The notes under the pieces: generated by a model | Database searches by the model: none | The model's input: the letters and a program-made list of their open reading frames with translations, nothing else | Told to the model about the DNA's origin: nothing | Assembly (NCBI RefSeq): GCF_006345805.1 | Contig: NW_021832570.1 | Location: 1-64,000, forward strand | From: Octopus sinensis | Taxonomy: Eukaryota | Length of the DNA: 64,000 nt | Direction: 5' to 3' | In this document: one piece after another, positions 26,211 to 38,881 of the stretch | How positions within the stretch are numbered: position 1 is the first letter of the stretch | Layout of the letters: every line of letters begins with the position of its first letter | Made by a program: the position numbers and the translations under genes

Positions 26211-29200
26211 TGTGACCGGTTTTATTTTGGACCAGGTTTTATTTTGGACCGATCGCAAATTTTTTTAATTTTGTTGACGAAAAGGCATATTTTGTAAAGA
26301 ATAACAAAAATCTTCGTTTTTTTGTTCGGAAGAGAGAGAACTTAAGCTAAAAACTATCAAAGTAAGATAATATATTGAATTTAAAGCTATTACATAATGA
26401 AAATCATTTTGGGCGTGATCGGATGTTAAGCCTATTAAGAAATAAAATTTACAGCGTCAAACGTTCTGAAATCTTCAATGTAATTAAATCATGTGTTGAG
26501 TGCCTTTTTGTTACTAATAAGAAAACGTAACTTTAACTTAAATTTGGATTTTAGTGTTAGGGTTAAAATTTTGTTTAGGGTTAAGGAAAAAATGTTTAGG
26601 GTTAGGGTTAAAAATTTGTTTAGGGTTAAGGTTAAAATGTTTAGGGTTAGTGTTAGGGTTAAAATTTTGTTTAGGGTTAAGGAAAAAATGTTTAGGATAA
26701 GGGTTAAAATGTTTAGGGTCAAGGAGAAAATGTTTAGGGTTAGGGTTAAAAATTTGTTTAGGGTTAAGGTTAAAATGTTTAGGGTTAGTGTTAGGGTTAA
26801 AATTTGTTTAGGGTTAAGGTTAAAATGTTTAGGGTTAGTGTTAGGGTTAAAATTTTGTTTAGGGTTAAGGAAAAAATGTTTAGGGTTAGGGTTAAAAATT
26901 TGTTTAGGGTTAAGGTTAAAATGTTTAGGGTTAGTGTTAGGGTTAAAATTTTGTTTAGGGTTAAGGAAAAAATGTTTAGGATAAGGGTTAAAATGTTTAG
27001 GGTCAAGGAGAAAATGTTTAGGGTTAGGGTTAAAAATTTGTTTAGGGTTAAGGTTAAAATGTTTAGAATTAGTGTTAGGATTAAAATTTTGTTTAGGGTT
27101 AAAGAAAAAATGTCTAGGGTTAGGGTTAAAAGTTTGTTTAGGGTTAGTGTTAGGATTAAAATTTTGTTTAGGGTTAAAGAAAAAATGTTTAGGGTTAGGG
27201 TTAAAAATTTGTTTAGGGTTAAGGTTAAAATGTTTAGGGTTAGTGTTAGGATTAAAATTTTGTTTAGGGTTAAAGAAAAAATGTTTAGGGTTAGGGTTAA
27301 AAATTTGTTTAGGGTTAAGGTTAAAATGTTTAGGGTTAGTGTTAGGGTTAAAATTTTGTTTAGGGTTAAGGAAAAAATGTTTAGGATAAGGGTTAAAATG
27401 TTTAGGGTCAAGGAGAAAATGTTTAGGGTTAGGGTTAAAAATTTGTTTAGGGTTAAGGTTAAAATGTTTAGGGTTAGTGTTAGGATTAAAATTTTGTTTA
27501 GGGTTAAAGAAAAAATGTTTAGGGTTAGGGTTAAAAATTTGTTTAGGGTTAAGGTTAAAATGTTTAGGGTTAGTGTTAGGATTAAAATTTTGTTTAGGGT
27601 TAAAGAAAAATGTTTAGGGTTAGGGGTTAAATTTTGTTTAGGTTAAGGTTAAAATGTTTAGGGTTGTGTTAGGATTAAAATTTTGTTTAGGGTTAAAGAA
27701 AAATGTTTAGGGTTAGGTTAAAAATTTGTTTAGGGTTAAGGTTAAAATGTTTAGGGTTAGTGTTTAGGGTTAAAATTTTGTTTAGGGTTAAAGAAAAAAT
27801 GTTTAGGGTTAGGGTAAAAATTTGTTTAGGGTTAAGGTTAAAATGTTTAGGTTAGTGTTAGGGTATAAAATTTTGTTTAGGGTTAAGGAAAAAATGTTTA
27901 GGGTTAGGGTTAAAAATTTGTTTAGGGTTAAGGTTAAAATGTTTGGGTTAGTGTTAGGGTAAAATTTTGTTTAGGGTTAGGAAAAAATGTTTAGGATAAG
28001 GGTTAAAATGTTTAGGGTCAAGGAGAAAATGTTTAGGGTTAGGGTTAAAAATTTGTTTAGGGTTAAGGTTAAAATGTTTAGGGTTAGTGTTAGGGTTAAA
28101 ATTTGTTTAGGGTTAAGGTTAAAATGTTTAGGGTTAGTGTTAGGGTTAAAATTTTGTTTAGGGTTAAAGAAAAAATGTTTAGGGTTAGGGTTAAAAATTT
28201 GTTTAGGGTTAAGGTTAAAATGTTTAGGGTTAGTGTTAGGGTTAAAATTTTGTTTAGGGTTAAGGAAAAAATGTTTAGGGTTAGGGTTAAAAATTTGTTT
28301 AGGGTTAAGGTTAAAATGTTTAGGGTTAGTGTTAGGGTTAAAATTTTGTTTAGGGTTAAGGAAAAAATGTTTAGGGTTAGGGTTAAAAATTGTTTAGGGT
28401 TAAGGTAAAATGTTTAGGGTTAGTGTTAGGGTTAAAATTTGTTTAGGGTTAAGGTTAAAATGTTTAGGGTTAGTGTTAGGGTTAAAATTTTGTTTAGGGT
28501 TAAAGAAAAAATGTTTAGGGTTAGGGTTAAAAATTTGTTTAGGGTTAAGGTTAAAATGTTTAGGGTTAGTGTAAGGATTAAAATTTTGTTTAGGGTTAAG
28601 GAAAAAATGTTTAGGATAAGGGTTAAAATGTTTAGGGTCAAGGAAAAATGTTTAGGGTTAGGGTTAAAATTTTGTTTAGGGTAAGGTTAAAATGTTTAGG
28701 GTTAGTGTTAGGGTTAAAATTTGTTTAGGGTTAAGGTTAAAATGTTTAGGGTTAGTGTTAGGGTTAAAATTTTGTTTAGGGTTAGGAAAAAATGTTTAGG
28801 GTTAGGGTTATTAAAAATTTGTTTAGGGTTAAGGTTAAAATGTTTGGGTTAGTGTTAGGGTTAAAATTTTGTTTAGGGTTAAGGAAAAAATGTTTAGGAT
28901 AAGGGTTAAAATGTTTAGGGTCAAGGAGAAAATGTTTAGGGTTAGGGTTAAAAATTTGTTTAGGGTTAAGGTTAAAATGTTTAGGGTTAGTGTTAGGATT
29001 AAAATTTTGTTTAGGGTTAAAGAAAAAATGTTTAGGGTTAGGGTTAAAAATTTGTTTAGGGTTAAGGTTAAAATGTTTAGGGTTAGTGTAAGGATTAAAA
29101 TTTTGTTTAGGGTTAAAGAAAAAATGTTTAGGGTTAGGGTTAAAAATTTGTTTAGGGTTAAGGTTAAAATGTTTAGGGTTAGTGTTAGGATTAAAATTTT

Positions 29201-32200
29201 GTTTAGGGTTAAAGAAAAAATGTTTAGGGTTAGAATTAAAAATTTGTTTAGGGTTAAGGTTAAAATGTTTAGGGTTAGTGTTAGGGTTAAAATTTTGTTT
29301 AGGGTTAAGGAAAAAATGTTTAGGATAAAGGTTAAAATGTTTAGGGTCAAGGAGAAAATGTTTAGGGTTAGGGTTAAAAATTTGTTTAGGGTTAAGGTTA
29401 AAATGTTTAGGGTTAGTGTTAGGATTAAAATTTTGTTTAGGGTTAAGGAAAAAATGTTAGGGTTAGGGTAAAATTTGTTTAGGGTTAAGGTTAAAATGTT
29501 TAGGGTTAGTGTTAGGATTAAAATTTTGTTTAGGGTTAAAGAAAAAATGTTTAGGGTTAGGTTAAAATTTGTTTAGGGTTAAGGTTAAAATGTTTAGGGT
29601 TAGTGTTAGGATTAAAATTTTGTTTAGGGTTAAAGAAAAAATGTTTAGGGTTAGGGTTAAAAATTGTTTAGGGTTAGGTTAAAATGTTTAGGGTTAGTGT
29701 TAGGGTTAAAATTTGTTTAGGGTTAAAGAAAAAATGTTTAGGGTTAGGGTTAAAAATTTGTTTAGGGTTAAGGTTAAAATGTTTAGGGTTAGTGTTATGG
29801 TTAAAATTTTGTTTAGGGTTAAGGAAAAAATGTTTAGGGTTAGGGTTAAAAATTTGTTTAGGGTTAAGGTTAAAATGTTTAGGGTTAGGTTAGGGTTAAA
29901 AATTTGTTTAGGGTTAAGGAAAAAATGTTTAGGATAAGGGTTAAAATGTTAGGGTCAAGGAGAAAATGTTAGGGTTAGGGTTAAAAATTTGTTAGGGTTA
30001 AGGTTAAAATGTTTAGGGTTAGTGTTAGGGTTAAAATTTGTTTAGGGTTAAGGTTAAAATGTTTAGGGTTAGTGTTAGGGTTAAAATTTTGTTTAGGGTT
30101 AAAGAAAAAATGTTTAGGGTTAGGGTTAAAAATTTGTTTAGGGTTAAGGTTAAAATGTTTAGGGTTAGTGTTAGGGTTAAAATTTTGTTTAGGGTTAAGG
30201 AAAAAATGTTTAGGGTTAGGGTTAAAAATTTGTTTAGGGTTAAGGTTAAAATGTTTAGGGTTAGTGTTAGGGTTAAAATTTTGTTTAGGGTTAAGGAAAA
30301 AATGTTTAGGGTTAGGGTTAAAAATTTGTTTAGGGTTAAGGTTAAAATGTTTAGGGTTAGTGTTAGGGTTAAAATTTGTTTAGGGTTAAGGTTAAAATGT
30401 TTAGGGTTAGTGTTAGGGTTAAAATTTTGTTTAGGGTTAAAGAAAAAATGTTTAGGGTTAGGGTTAAAAATTTGTTTAGGGTTAAGGTTAAAATGTTTAG
30501 GGTTAGTGTTAGGGTTAAAATTTTGTTTAGGGTTAAGGAAAAAATGTTTAGGATAAGGGTTAAAATGTTTAGGGTCAAGGAGAAAATGTTTAGGGTTAGG
30601 GTTAAAAATTTGTTTAGGGTTAAGGTTAAAATGTTTAGGGTTAGTGTTAGGGTTAAAATTTGTTTAGGGTTAAGGTTAAAATGTTTAGGGTTAGTGTTAG
30701 GGTTAAAATTTGTTTAGGGTTAAGAAAAAATGTTTAGGGTTAGGGTTAAAAATTTGTTTAGGGTTAAGGTTAAAATGTTTAGGGTTAGTGTTAGGGTTAA
30801 AATTTTGTTTAGGGTAAAGAAAAAATGTTTAGGGTTAGGGTTAAAAATTTGTTTAGGGTTAAGGTTAAAATGTTTAGGGTTAGTGTTAGGGTTAAAATTT
30901 TGTTTAGGGTTAAGGAAAAAATGTTAGGGTTAGGGTTAAAAATTTGTTTAGGGTTAAGGTTAAAATGTTTAGGGTTAGTGTTAGGTTAAAAATTTGTTTA
31001 GGGTTAAGGTTAAATGTTTAGGGTTAGTGTTAGGGTTAAAATTTTGTTTAGGGTTAAGAAAAAATGTTTAGGGTTAGGGTTAAAAATTTGTTTAGGGTTA
31101 AGGTTAAAATGTTTAGGGTTAGTGTTAGGGTTAAAATTTTGTTTAGGGTTAAGGAAAAAATGTTTAGGGTTAGGGTTAAAATTTGTTTAGGGTTAGGTTA
31201 AAATGTTTAGGGTTAGTGTTAGGGTTAAAATTTTGTTTAGGGTAAGGAAAAAATGTTTAGGGTTAGGGTTAAAAATTTGTTTAGGGTTAAGGTTAAAATG
31301 TTTAGGGTTAGTGTTAGGGTTAAAATTTGTTTAGGGTTAAGGTTAAAATGTTTAGGGTTAGTGTTAGGGTTAAAATTTTGTTGAGGGTTAAAGAAAAAAT
31401 GTTTAGGGTTAGGGTTAAAAATTTGTTTAGGGTTAAGGTTAAAATGTTTAGGGTTAGTGTTAGGGTTAAAATTTTGTTTAGGGTTAAAGAAAAAATGTTT
31501 AGGGTTAGGGTTAAAAATTTGTTTAGGGTTAAGGTTAAAATGTTTAGGGTTAGTGTTAGGGTTAAAATTTTGTTTAGGGTTAAGGAAAAAATGTTTAGGG
31601 TTAGGGTTAAAAATTTGTTTAGGTTAAGGTTAAAATGTTTAGGGTTAGTGTTAGGTTAAAAATTTGTTTAGGGTTAAGGTTAAAATGTTTAGGGTTAGTG
31701 TTAGGGTTAAAATTTTGTTTAGGGTTAAAGAAAAAATGTTTAGGGTTAGGGTTAAAATTTGTTTAGGGTTAGGTTAAAATGTTTAGGGTTAGTGTTAGGG
31801 TTAAAATTTTGTTTAGGGTTAAAGAAAAAATGTTTAGGGTTAGGGTTAAAAATTTGTTTAGGGTTAAGGTTAAAATGTTTAGGGTTAGTGTTAGGGTTAA
31901 AATTTTGTTTAGGGTTAAGGAAAAAATGTTTAGGGTTAGGGTTAAAAATTTGTTTAGGGTTAAGGTTAAAATGTTTAGGGTTAGTGTTAGGGTTAAAATT
32001 TGTTTAGGGTTAAGGTTAAAATGTTTAGGGTTAGTGTTAGGGTTAAAATTTTGTTTAGGGTTAAAGAAAAAATGTTTAGGGTTAGGGTTAAAAATTTGTT
32101 TAGGGTTAAGGTTAAAATGTTTAGGGTTAGTGTTAGGGTTAAAATTTTGTTTAGGGTTGAGGAAAAAATGTTTAGGATAAGGGTTAAAATGTTTAGGGTC

Positions 32201-33249
32201 AAGGAGAAAATGTTTAGGGTTAGGGTTAAAAATTTGTTTAGGGTAAGGTTAAAAGTTTAGGGTTAGTGTTAGGGTTAAAATTTTGTTTAGGGTTAGGAAA
32301 AAATGTTTAGGGTTAGGGTTAAAATTTGTTTAGGGTTAAGGTAAAATGTTTAGGGTTAGTGTTAGGGTTAAAATTTGTTTAGGGTTAAGGTTAAAATGTT
32401 TAGGGTTAGTGTTAGGGTTAAAATTTTGTTTAGGGTTAAAGAAAAAATGTTTAGGGTTAGGGTTAAAAATTTGTTTAGGGTTAAGGTTAAAATGTTTAGG
32501 GTTAGTGTTAGGGTTAAAATTTTGTTTAGGGTTAAGGAAAAAATGTTTAGGGTTAGGGTTAAAAATTTGTTTAGGGTTAAGGTTAAAATATTTAGGGTTA
32601 GTGTTAGGGTTAAAATTTTGTTTAGGGTTAAGGAAAAAATGTTTAGTGTTAGGGTTAAAAATTTGTTTAGGGTCAAGGTTAAAATGTTTAGGGTTAGGGT
32701 TAAAATTTTGTTTAGGGTTAAGGAGAAAATGTTTAGGATAAGGGTTAAAATGTTTAGGGTCAAGGAGAAAATGTTCAGGGTTAAGGTTGAAATTTTGTTA
32801 GTTGAGATTAAGATTTTTATAATTAAAATTAAATTAAGTTTTTTACCGTTTGGACAACTATTAAAAATAGGGGTTTTAAAATCAAATTAAAAATTAGGGT
32901 GTTTTAGAATTAGGATTTTGGGTGTTAGGGCTATTATTAGAATGTATATGTGTTAGGGTTATATTTTTAAAATTTTTAATTAATAGAATTATATTTAGTT
33001 TTTAATTTTTTTAGAATGGAAGACCAATTTTTAAATAAATATCGTAACGGCAACGCTGTAATCATCAAATTTGTTGATTGGTTGCTTTGTGCATACTTCC
33101 ATTTTTTAAAAAACTAAATGAAATCAAGAAAAAACTATACAAAAGTATAATTTAACATTAACTCATATATTTTTAGTGGAATAAAATTTTTATTATTGAT
33201 TTTTTTCTCGGTCCAAAATAAAACCTGGTCCAAAATAAAACCTGTGACA
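26211..33249 (+). mobile_element. Ginger-like DNA transposon (7,039 bp) whose interior is a telomere-like satellite
   Basis: 42-bp TIRs matching at 40/42 (26211-26252 and 33208-33249), TGT...ACA ends. TSD ATTAT (26206-26210 and 33250-33254). HHCC remnant ELKLKTIK/LLHNENHFGRDRMLSLLRNKIYSVKRSEIFNVIKSCVEC with a 25-nt intron at 26362-26386. Confidence 0.9.
26551..32790 (+). repeat. TTAGGG-based complex satellite, ~96-bp monomer (30+21+24+21-bp subunits), ~6.2 kb
   Basis: The monomer carries six TTAGGG, each in TTAGGGTTA context, separated by A/T tracts. A 42-bp variant block (TTTAGGATAAGGG...GGGTCAAGGAGAAAATG) recurs about 11 times. Single orientation throughout. Confidence 0.97.
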
Positions 33250-33804
33250 ATTATTATATTACACTTTTAAAAATGTCATTTATTTATATAATATGAATAT
33301 GTGCATCTTAACTGCAAAAACAAAGATAATCACAACCAATTTCTAAAACAACCTTAATTGTTGAAGGCCTATTTAATATGTCGCGAGCGCAGCGAGCGAC
33401 CGAGCGCTAGACGCGACTTTTACATCTAACAAGCCTGTCATCAACAAATATATTTATTAAATGATTTAAAATTTTAACATTATTTAAAATTAAAATTGAT
33501 ATCCATTTGGCCATAAGGCCATTAATAGATAACTATTAAATTACTAGTAAAAAAAGCTAATCAATGCCACAATATTTTAATTAATTTGTCCCATATCTCA
33601 GTAAACGTTTGATTCTGCTCTTATATTAGAATAAACGTTTTTTCTATATTCACCGTTTGTGACAGATACCTTCTATTCACGATCGACTGACCACTTAAGT
33701 CAACGTATAATCATACTAAATAAAAAAAGCACTTAGTTTTTTTATCATTGTCATCAAGGGACTAAAAGGAGGTTAAAGAGCCCTTTAAATCACTTTAAAC
33801 ACTT

Positions 33805-34150
33805 TTTATTGACCAAAGGACCAGGGTAAGCCAGTTAATTATAATCGCCCGTGATCCCCCGATTCATGCGAGGGAGATCCTTCTGAAAGGTTCGATCCTC
33901 CCCACAATGAACGGACTGAGACGACGATGTCCCAGGGTCAGAGTTCTAGAAGTCCTTTTTCGGTAGGCATTAAGTGCCTCCTGAGCGTTTCCATATCCGA
34001 TTGGAAGGTCCAACTGACATGGTGGACCCCATAACGCCACGCTAAGACCGGAAGGAAGGTAAGAGATCCCCATTTTCAACTGTGTCGTGCCAGAATACTC
34101 GTTGCCTCACGGGCAGGGGAACGATAACGAGAATTGACCCCGAGTGTTCA
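33805..34150 (-). mobile_element. Probable retroelement 3' end; inverted homolog at about 49495-49565
   Basis: Shared TCACGGG..ATTA..ATTAACTGG.TTACCC...CTTTGGTC.(TT)AATAAA tail. Confidence 0.45.
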
Positions 34151-34604
34151 CGACACTAGTATTAGACAACATCTGACTTTTTTCCAGTTGATTTTTAATT
34201 AATATTATTTTATATTTAATTTTAAACATCCAATATTTTATTTAATCTAGCAAAATATATTTGTAGAAAAAGAACTTTACAAAATAAACAAATTCCGAGA
34301 TTCATGTGTTTTTAATAAAATAGACCTCATACAGGGGAAAATTTTTATACTATCATAAACGACTGATTGAGATATTTCTTTAATTCTTGATTTATTATTA
34401 TTTATTGTAAATTGTTTTTACATTCTAGTAATCAATAAAAGCACTGTTTTCCTAAGCCTTCTCTTTTTCAAAATGAAAGATGGGAGATTGGTCAGATCCT
34501 CTACGTTCTCCCTGACATTACATTTAAAATGACATTTAAATTCTCGAACGGTCAAAAATTTTAAAAACTCATATAATTTTTTTTAAATAACGATATCTAA
34601 AAGT

Positions 34605-34635
34605 AAAAAGATAGCTAAGCTAATTAAAGGCCTTA
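34605..34635 (-). mobile_element. Very short (about 30 bp) CRE 3' end
   Basis: The reverse complement AGGCCTTTAATTAGCTTAGCTATCTTTT matches the CRE terminus at about 50923-50950. Confidence 0.7.
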
Positions 34636-36539
34636 CATAATTGATTTGAAGTTTGAAAAATAAACACATGATTCAATTTTTTTAGAACACTTTCTATGCC
34701 AATTTAATTTTTTGGTGTTAAATATGAAGACTTTTCCTTTTTATGCCCTGCAACCACTAAGAGTCGCTTTTATGTGGTTTGTCATGGTATGTTTTTTTTG
34801 CCCCTTAGTTTTTTGCAGTAGCATGAAAGCAGAATTTATAGAGGGATATGCATATGGCCAAGTGGCCATGATTATCTTACTTTAAAATTACAAGTAAAAT
34901 GCTAATCAATGAAACTTGTCTGCTACAAAATCTTTAGTTAATTCTAGCAAATGAGTTGGTTTTTATTTTAATCCATATCAGTTGAATCTTTTTATATATA
35001 CATAACTAATGAAAAAAAATTACGAAACAGAGCTACAAAACCTTGAAAATGAAGTGGAAAAGTACAAACACGAAGCCCAAATGTATGCATCTATAAGATG
35101 CTAGGGCGAAGGAAGAAATCTGAAAATCAAACTATACAATATGTTTTTACGTTTTTTAATATCTCTTCAAAATTTTCCCAGACCACTGAATGTTCGATTC
35201 TCCTCTAATATTACTAATCGTTTCTTTTCCGTATTTATTAATTTGTGACAGTTTTATTTAACTTTTTAGAAAAAGAATCTCGCTTTTTCTTAACATAAGT
35301 TGCAAATCTTGAAAACTACCCTGCGCAAATAATTACTTTATTTAACATGCGAAAATGGAAGAGACAAAAGGACAAAATTACTTTAAGTACTGCACATGTG
35401 TATTTTTTATTTCTTATTGCAAAAAATAATAGTTAAATAACTGGTATGCACCCATAGTCTGCAAGGTGGTTTTACCAGAACTGTAAAAATTGAAAGTACA
35501 AACATATTGTAAATAAGTATTTAGATCTGATACCAGCCGAGAAAATCTGAAACAACGAATTACTCAATTTACATGAATTCATTATTGCATATTATTCAAA
35601 ATAATTTTTGAGTTCTAATAATTATTTTTTCGTTATTTTTTATTAATGATAAAATAATTTTGCTTATATTTTAGTAGAAATTTTTTGAACTGAGTTATTG
35701 TCGGTTTTGGAAATGTTAACTATTGCGGTACAGACGTCGGAAAGTAAGTTGCTATGTTTTTCAAAGATTATATTTAGATTCTTTATTATCGATTAGAGCG
35801 AGAAATTAAATAAAAGCCTCAATAAACTTTATTGTCTTCTCAGAATTGTTTTTTACTACATTTTCGATTTTCACAACACTTGTTCAGGGTAGACTTTTAA
35901 CCAGACTTTTGAACATTCCGATTAAAATCGATAAAATGAAAGTTCCATCTAAAATTCGGCCACCTCTAAATTGCATTTTTATCCCAAATTGACGTTGTTC
36001 CATTTCTCCAAATATGGACGTTACGGTTAATTATATATATAAATGGTCGGAATGTTTTTACTCTGAAGTATCAAAAATTTTTCAATAAAGATTTTTCTTG
36101 TATTTTTATTGACCTCTAATCGTCTTTCATTTTTCAAATCTAACATCTTTTAAAGTGTAGTAAAATAAATTCAATAATTAAGTATTGTTGATTTTAACAC
36201 TGAGATTTTCTATTTTAGATAAAGATGCTAATATCTCGCAAATTTAGGAGCTAGTTTGCTTGTATAACATCAGCCATATTGATCCAGCGTACTTGTGTAA
36301 TTTTTATACCTTTTTCCACCTCTTCCATCTTCCTCAATAAGTTTTTACCTGTCGATATAGGTTTGAAATGAGGATTCCTAAATTAACAGTTTCTTGATTC
36401 CTTTCCTCAATTCGATTGGTAAGCTGTCAATATTTAGGCTCTTTGTCTTTTTTCTTTGTCTTACTGTTTAATTAAAAATTAAAAATTTGATAATTAATAC
36501 ATTTTTAAAAAGCATGGCACTACGTAAGTCTAGAGTAAT

Positions 36540-37770
36540 TACACACAACTTTGTATGTGTAACAAAAAGTTTTAGTGTTTTTATTTAATCTTTAACTCAA
36601 ATTTTTAGGTTAATTTTTCTAGTTCGTAGGGTAATCAAGTTATTTTTTGGTTTATTTTCTTTATTTTTTAGCTTAAAAATCGGCCTAGTCATTATAATTG
36701 ATTTGAAGCTTGAAAAATGAACTTTCATGCAAATTGAATTTTTTGGTGTTAAAAAAGAGGCTTTTCCTTTTTAAGCCCCAAGCGACCCTTAGTGGTTGCA
36801 TTTACATCTGCCATATTTGTTTCATAACCTATTTTTCTTTACTTGTAGCATTTTACAATTGCATGAAAGCAGAGTTTTTAGACTGCTATCCATATGGCCA
36901 TTGGTAGTTTACTTTAAATTATAAGGAATAAAGCTAATCAATGACTGTTTTAGTCTGCTACAATATTTTAATTAATTTGTCAATCATTAGTTTATTCTAA
37001 AAAATTCTGTTCAACATTTTTCAATGTTCAGTGACGTTTGATTCTGGCCAGATATTAGAATAAAGGTTTCTTATTTATATTCCCCGTTTGTGACAGCGTG
37101 CCTTCTATAACGATTTTAATTCATTTAATTAACTGTTCGTAATTAAATAAAAAATGATCTTGAATGAGTTTGCGATTAACAGATTTTTAAAAACACTTTA
37201 AAAGTTATGTAATTTTTATGTGTAACAAAAATTATTTGTGTTTTTATTGTTTAGTTAAGTTAAATTTTTAAGTTATTTTTTTTAGTTTGTAGTTAAATAA
37301 AGCTAATTTTTGGTTAGTTTTTTTTTATTTTTAGCTTAAATAATTGATTTGAAGTTTGAAAAATGAACTTCCATGGAAATTGAATTTTTTGGTGTTAAAA
37401 AGAGGCGTTTCCTTTTTATGCCCCATGCAACCACTAAGGGTTGCATTTACCGAATCGCCTTATTTGTTTCATTACCTGACTTTCTTAGCATGTAGCATTT
37501 TACCCATATGGCCATATGGCCATAGGTAATTTACTTTAAATTATATATAAACAAGCTAATCAATGACAGTTTTTGTCTGCTCCAATATTTTAATTAATTC
37601 GTCAATCATTAGTCACTTCTACCAAATTCTCTTCAACTTTTTCCTATTTTCAGTGACTTTTGATTCTGCTCAGATATTAGAATTAAGGTTTCTTATCTAT
37701 ATTCCCTGTTTGTGACAGCGTGACTTCTATTTATGATTGACTGACCACTCAAGTCATGCATGCATAATTA
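36540..37770 (+). repeat. Two tandem copies of the CCATATGGCCAT repeat family
   Basis: About 36540-37200 and about 37200-37770 are colinear. The second is nearly identical to 48335-48795. Confidence 0.85.
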
Positions 37771-38881
37771 TACTAAGTCCTTTGATATTGTTTAAAAACA
37801 GTACATTAATGGAATTCTGGTGCGAAATAAGAACTCTCTCAGTTAATTCCATTTATTACTCAGTTAATTCCATTTCACACAACATATCGGTGAAACGGCA
37901 ATGTCAAATCATGTATATTTAAAGTCAAAGTATTGAAATCGTCTTAAAGTAGATGATAAAGCTGAACATTGAAAATGTTTTTCAAATTTTTGACAGCAAT
38001 AAAACATGAAAATTTTAAAAATTTTTGCGAATTTGTTTTTTGTAAAAAAAGTTTTAAAAAATTCATTTTAAAATGCATCTTCATGATAAGATTTCGGTAC
38101 TTGTGCATCTCATGCATCATGAAATAAGGCTCGAAATACAAAAAATATCATTACTTTATTTAAAACCGTATTTGTAACAATAAGGTCACCAATCAGGAAA
38201 AGTTTCTTTATATAATTATTTTCTAGATCTAATAAAAATAAAATTCAATTAAATTTTGGTAACTGAGACGTTTCTTTGTATTTTTTACAGATAATTTAAT
38301 GGAATTGGCATTTAAAAAATAAAATAGTAATTGACATTTCAAAATATCTTATTACATGATGCTTTTCACTTTTAACTTTGAGATTCGCTCATTTACAATT
38401 ATCTGTCGAATAACTAAAAAATTCCTTATTAAACTGGGGGACCTGGCAAGCAGAAGGAGAAATGATCATCGGGCTTTTCCAACGCATATTCCGATTAAAA
38501 CAGTTAGAATAGCTATCTTGCGTGGGAATTGCCATTTCATCTTATCCTCTGCTGCTAATTAAATACTGTGAAAATAATTGTTCCTGTAGTTTCATGACTG
38601 TCGTTTGAACAAATACAAAAGCTAGTCGTATTATCTGTCACCCCCGATGAAATCCAACTTGGTTTTCTAGCAGACTATAATTGTAAAATTTTTTTTTTGT
38701 ATTTCACATAAAATATCAAGGGAAACAGATAGTTTGTCTTTTTATTAGCTTTTGCTGTATCTTATAAATTTTTCAATGAGTCTCCCAAAGTTTATAACAC
38801 AATATATTTAATTTCAATTTATTCCAATTATTATTATTTTGTATGAAATGAAATTAAAAGAATAAATATATTCGCGCTTGT

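Noticed and set aside
26551-32790. True telomere or telomere-fusion site
   Set aside because: The array is internal, in a single orientation, not pure TTAGGG, and bounded by TIRs with a TSD.
26489-32890. Many long ORFs (MFRVKVKM..., LTLNILTL..., CLGLRLK...)
   Set aside because: They are translations of a stop-poor 96-bp repeat in several frames and are broken by random indels; there is no evidence of coding.
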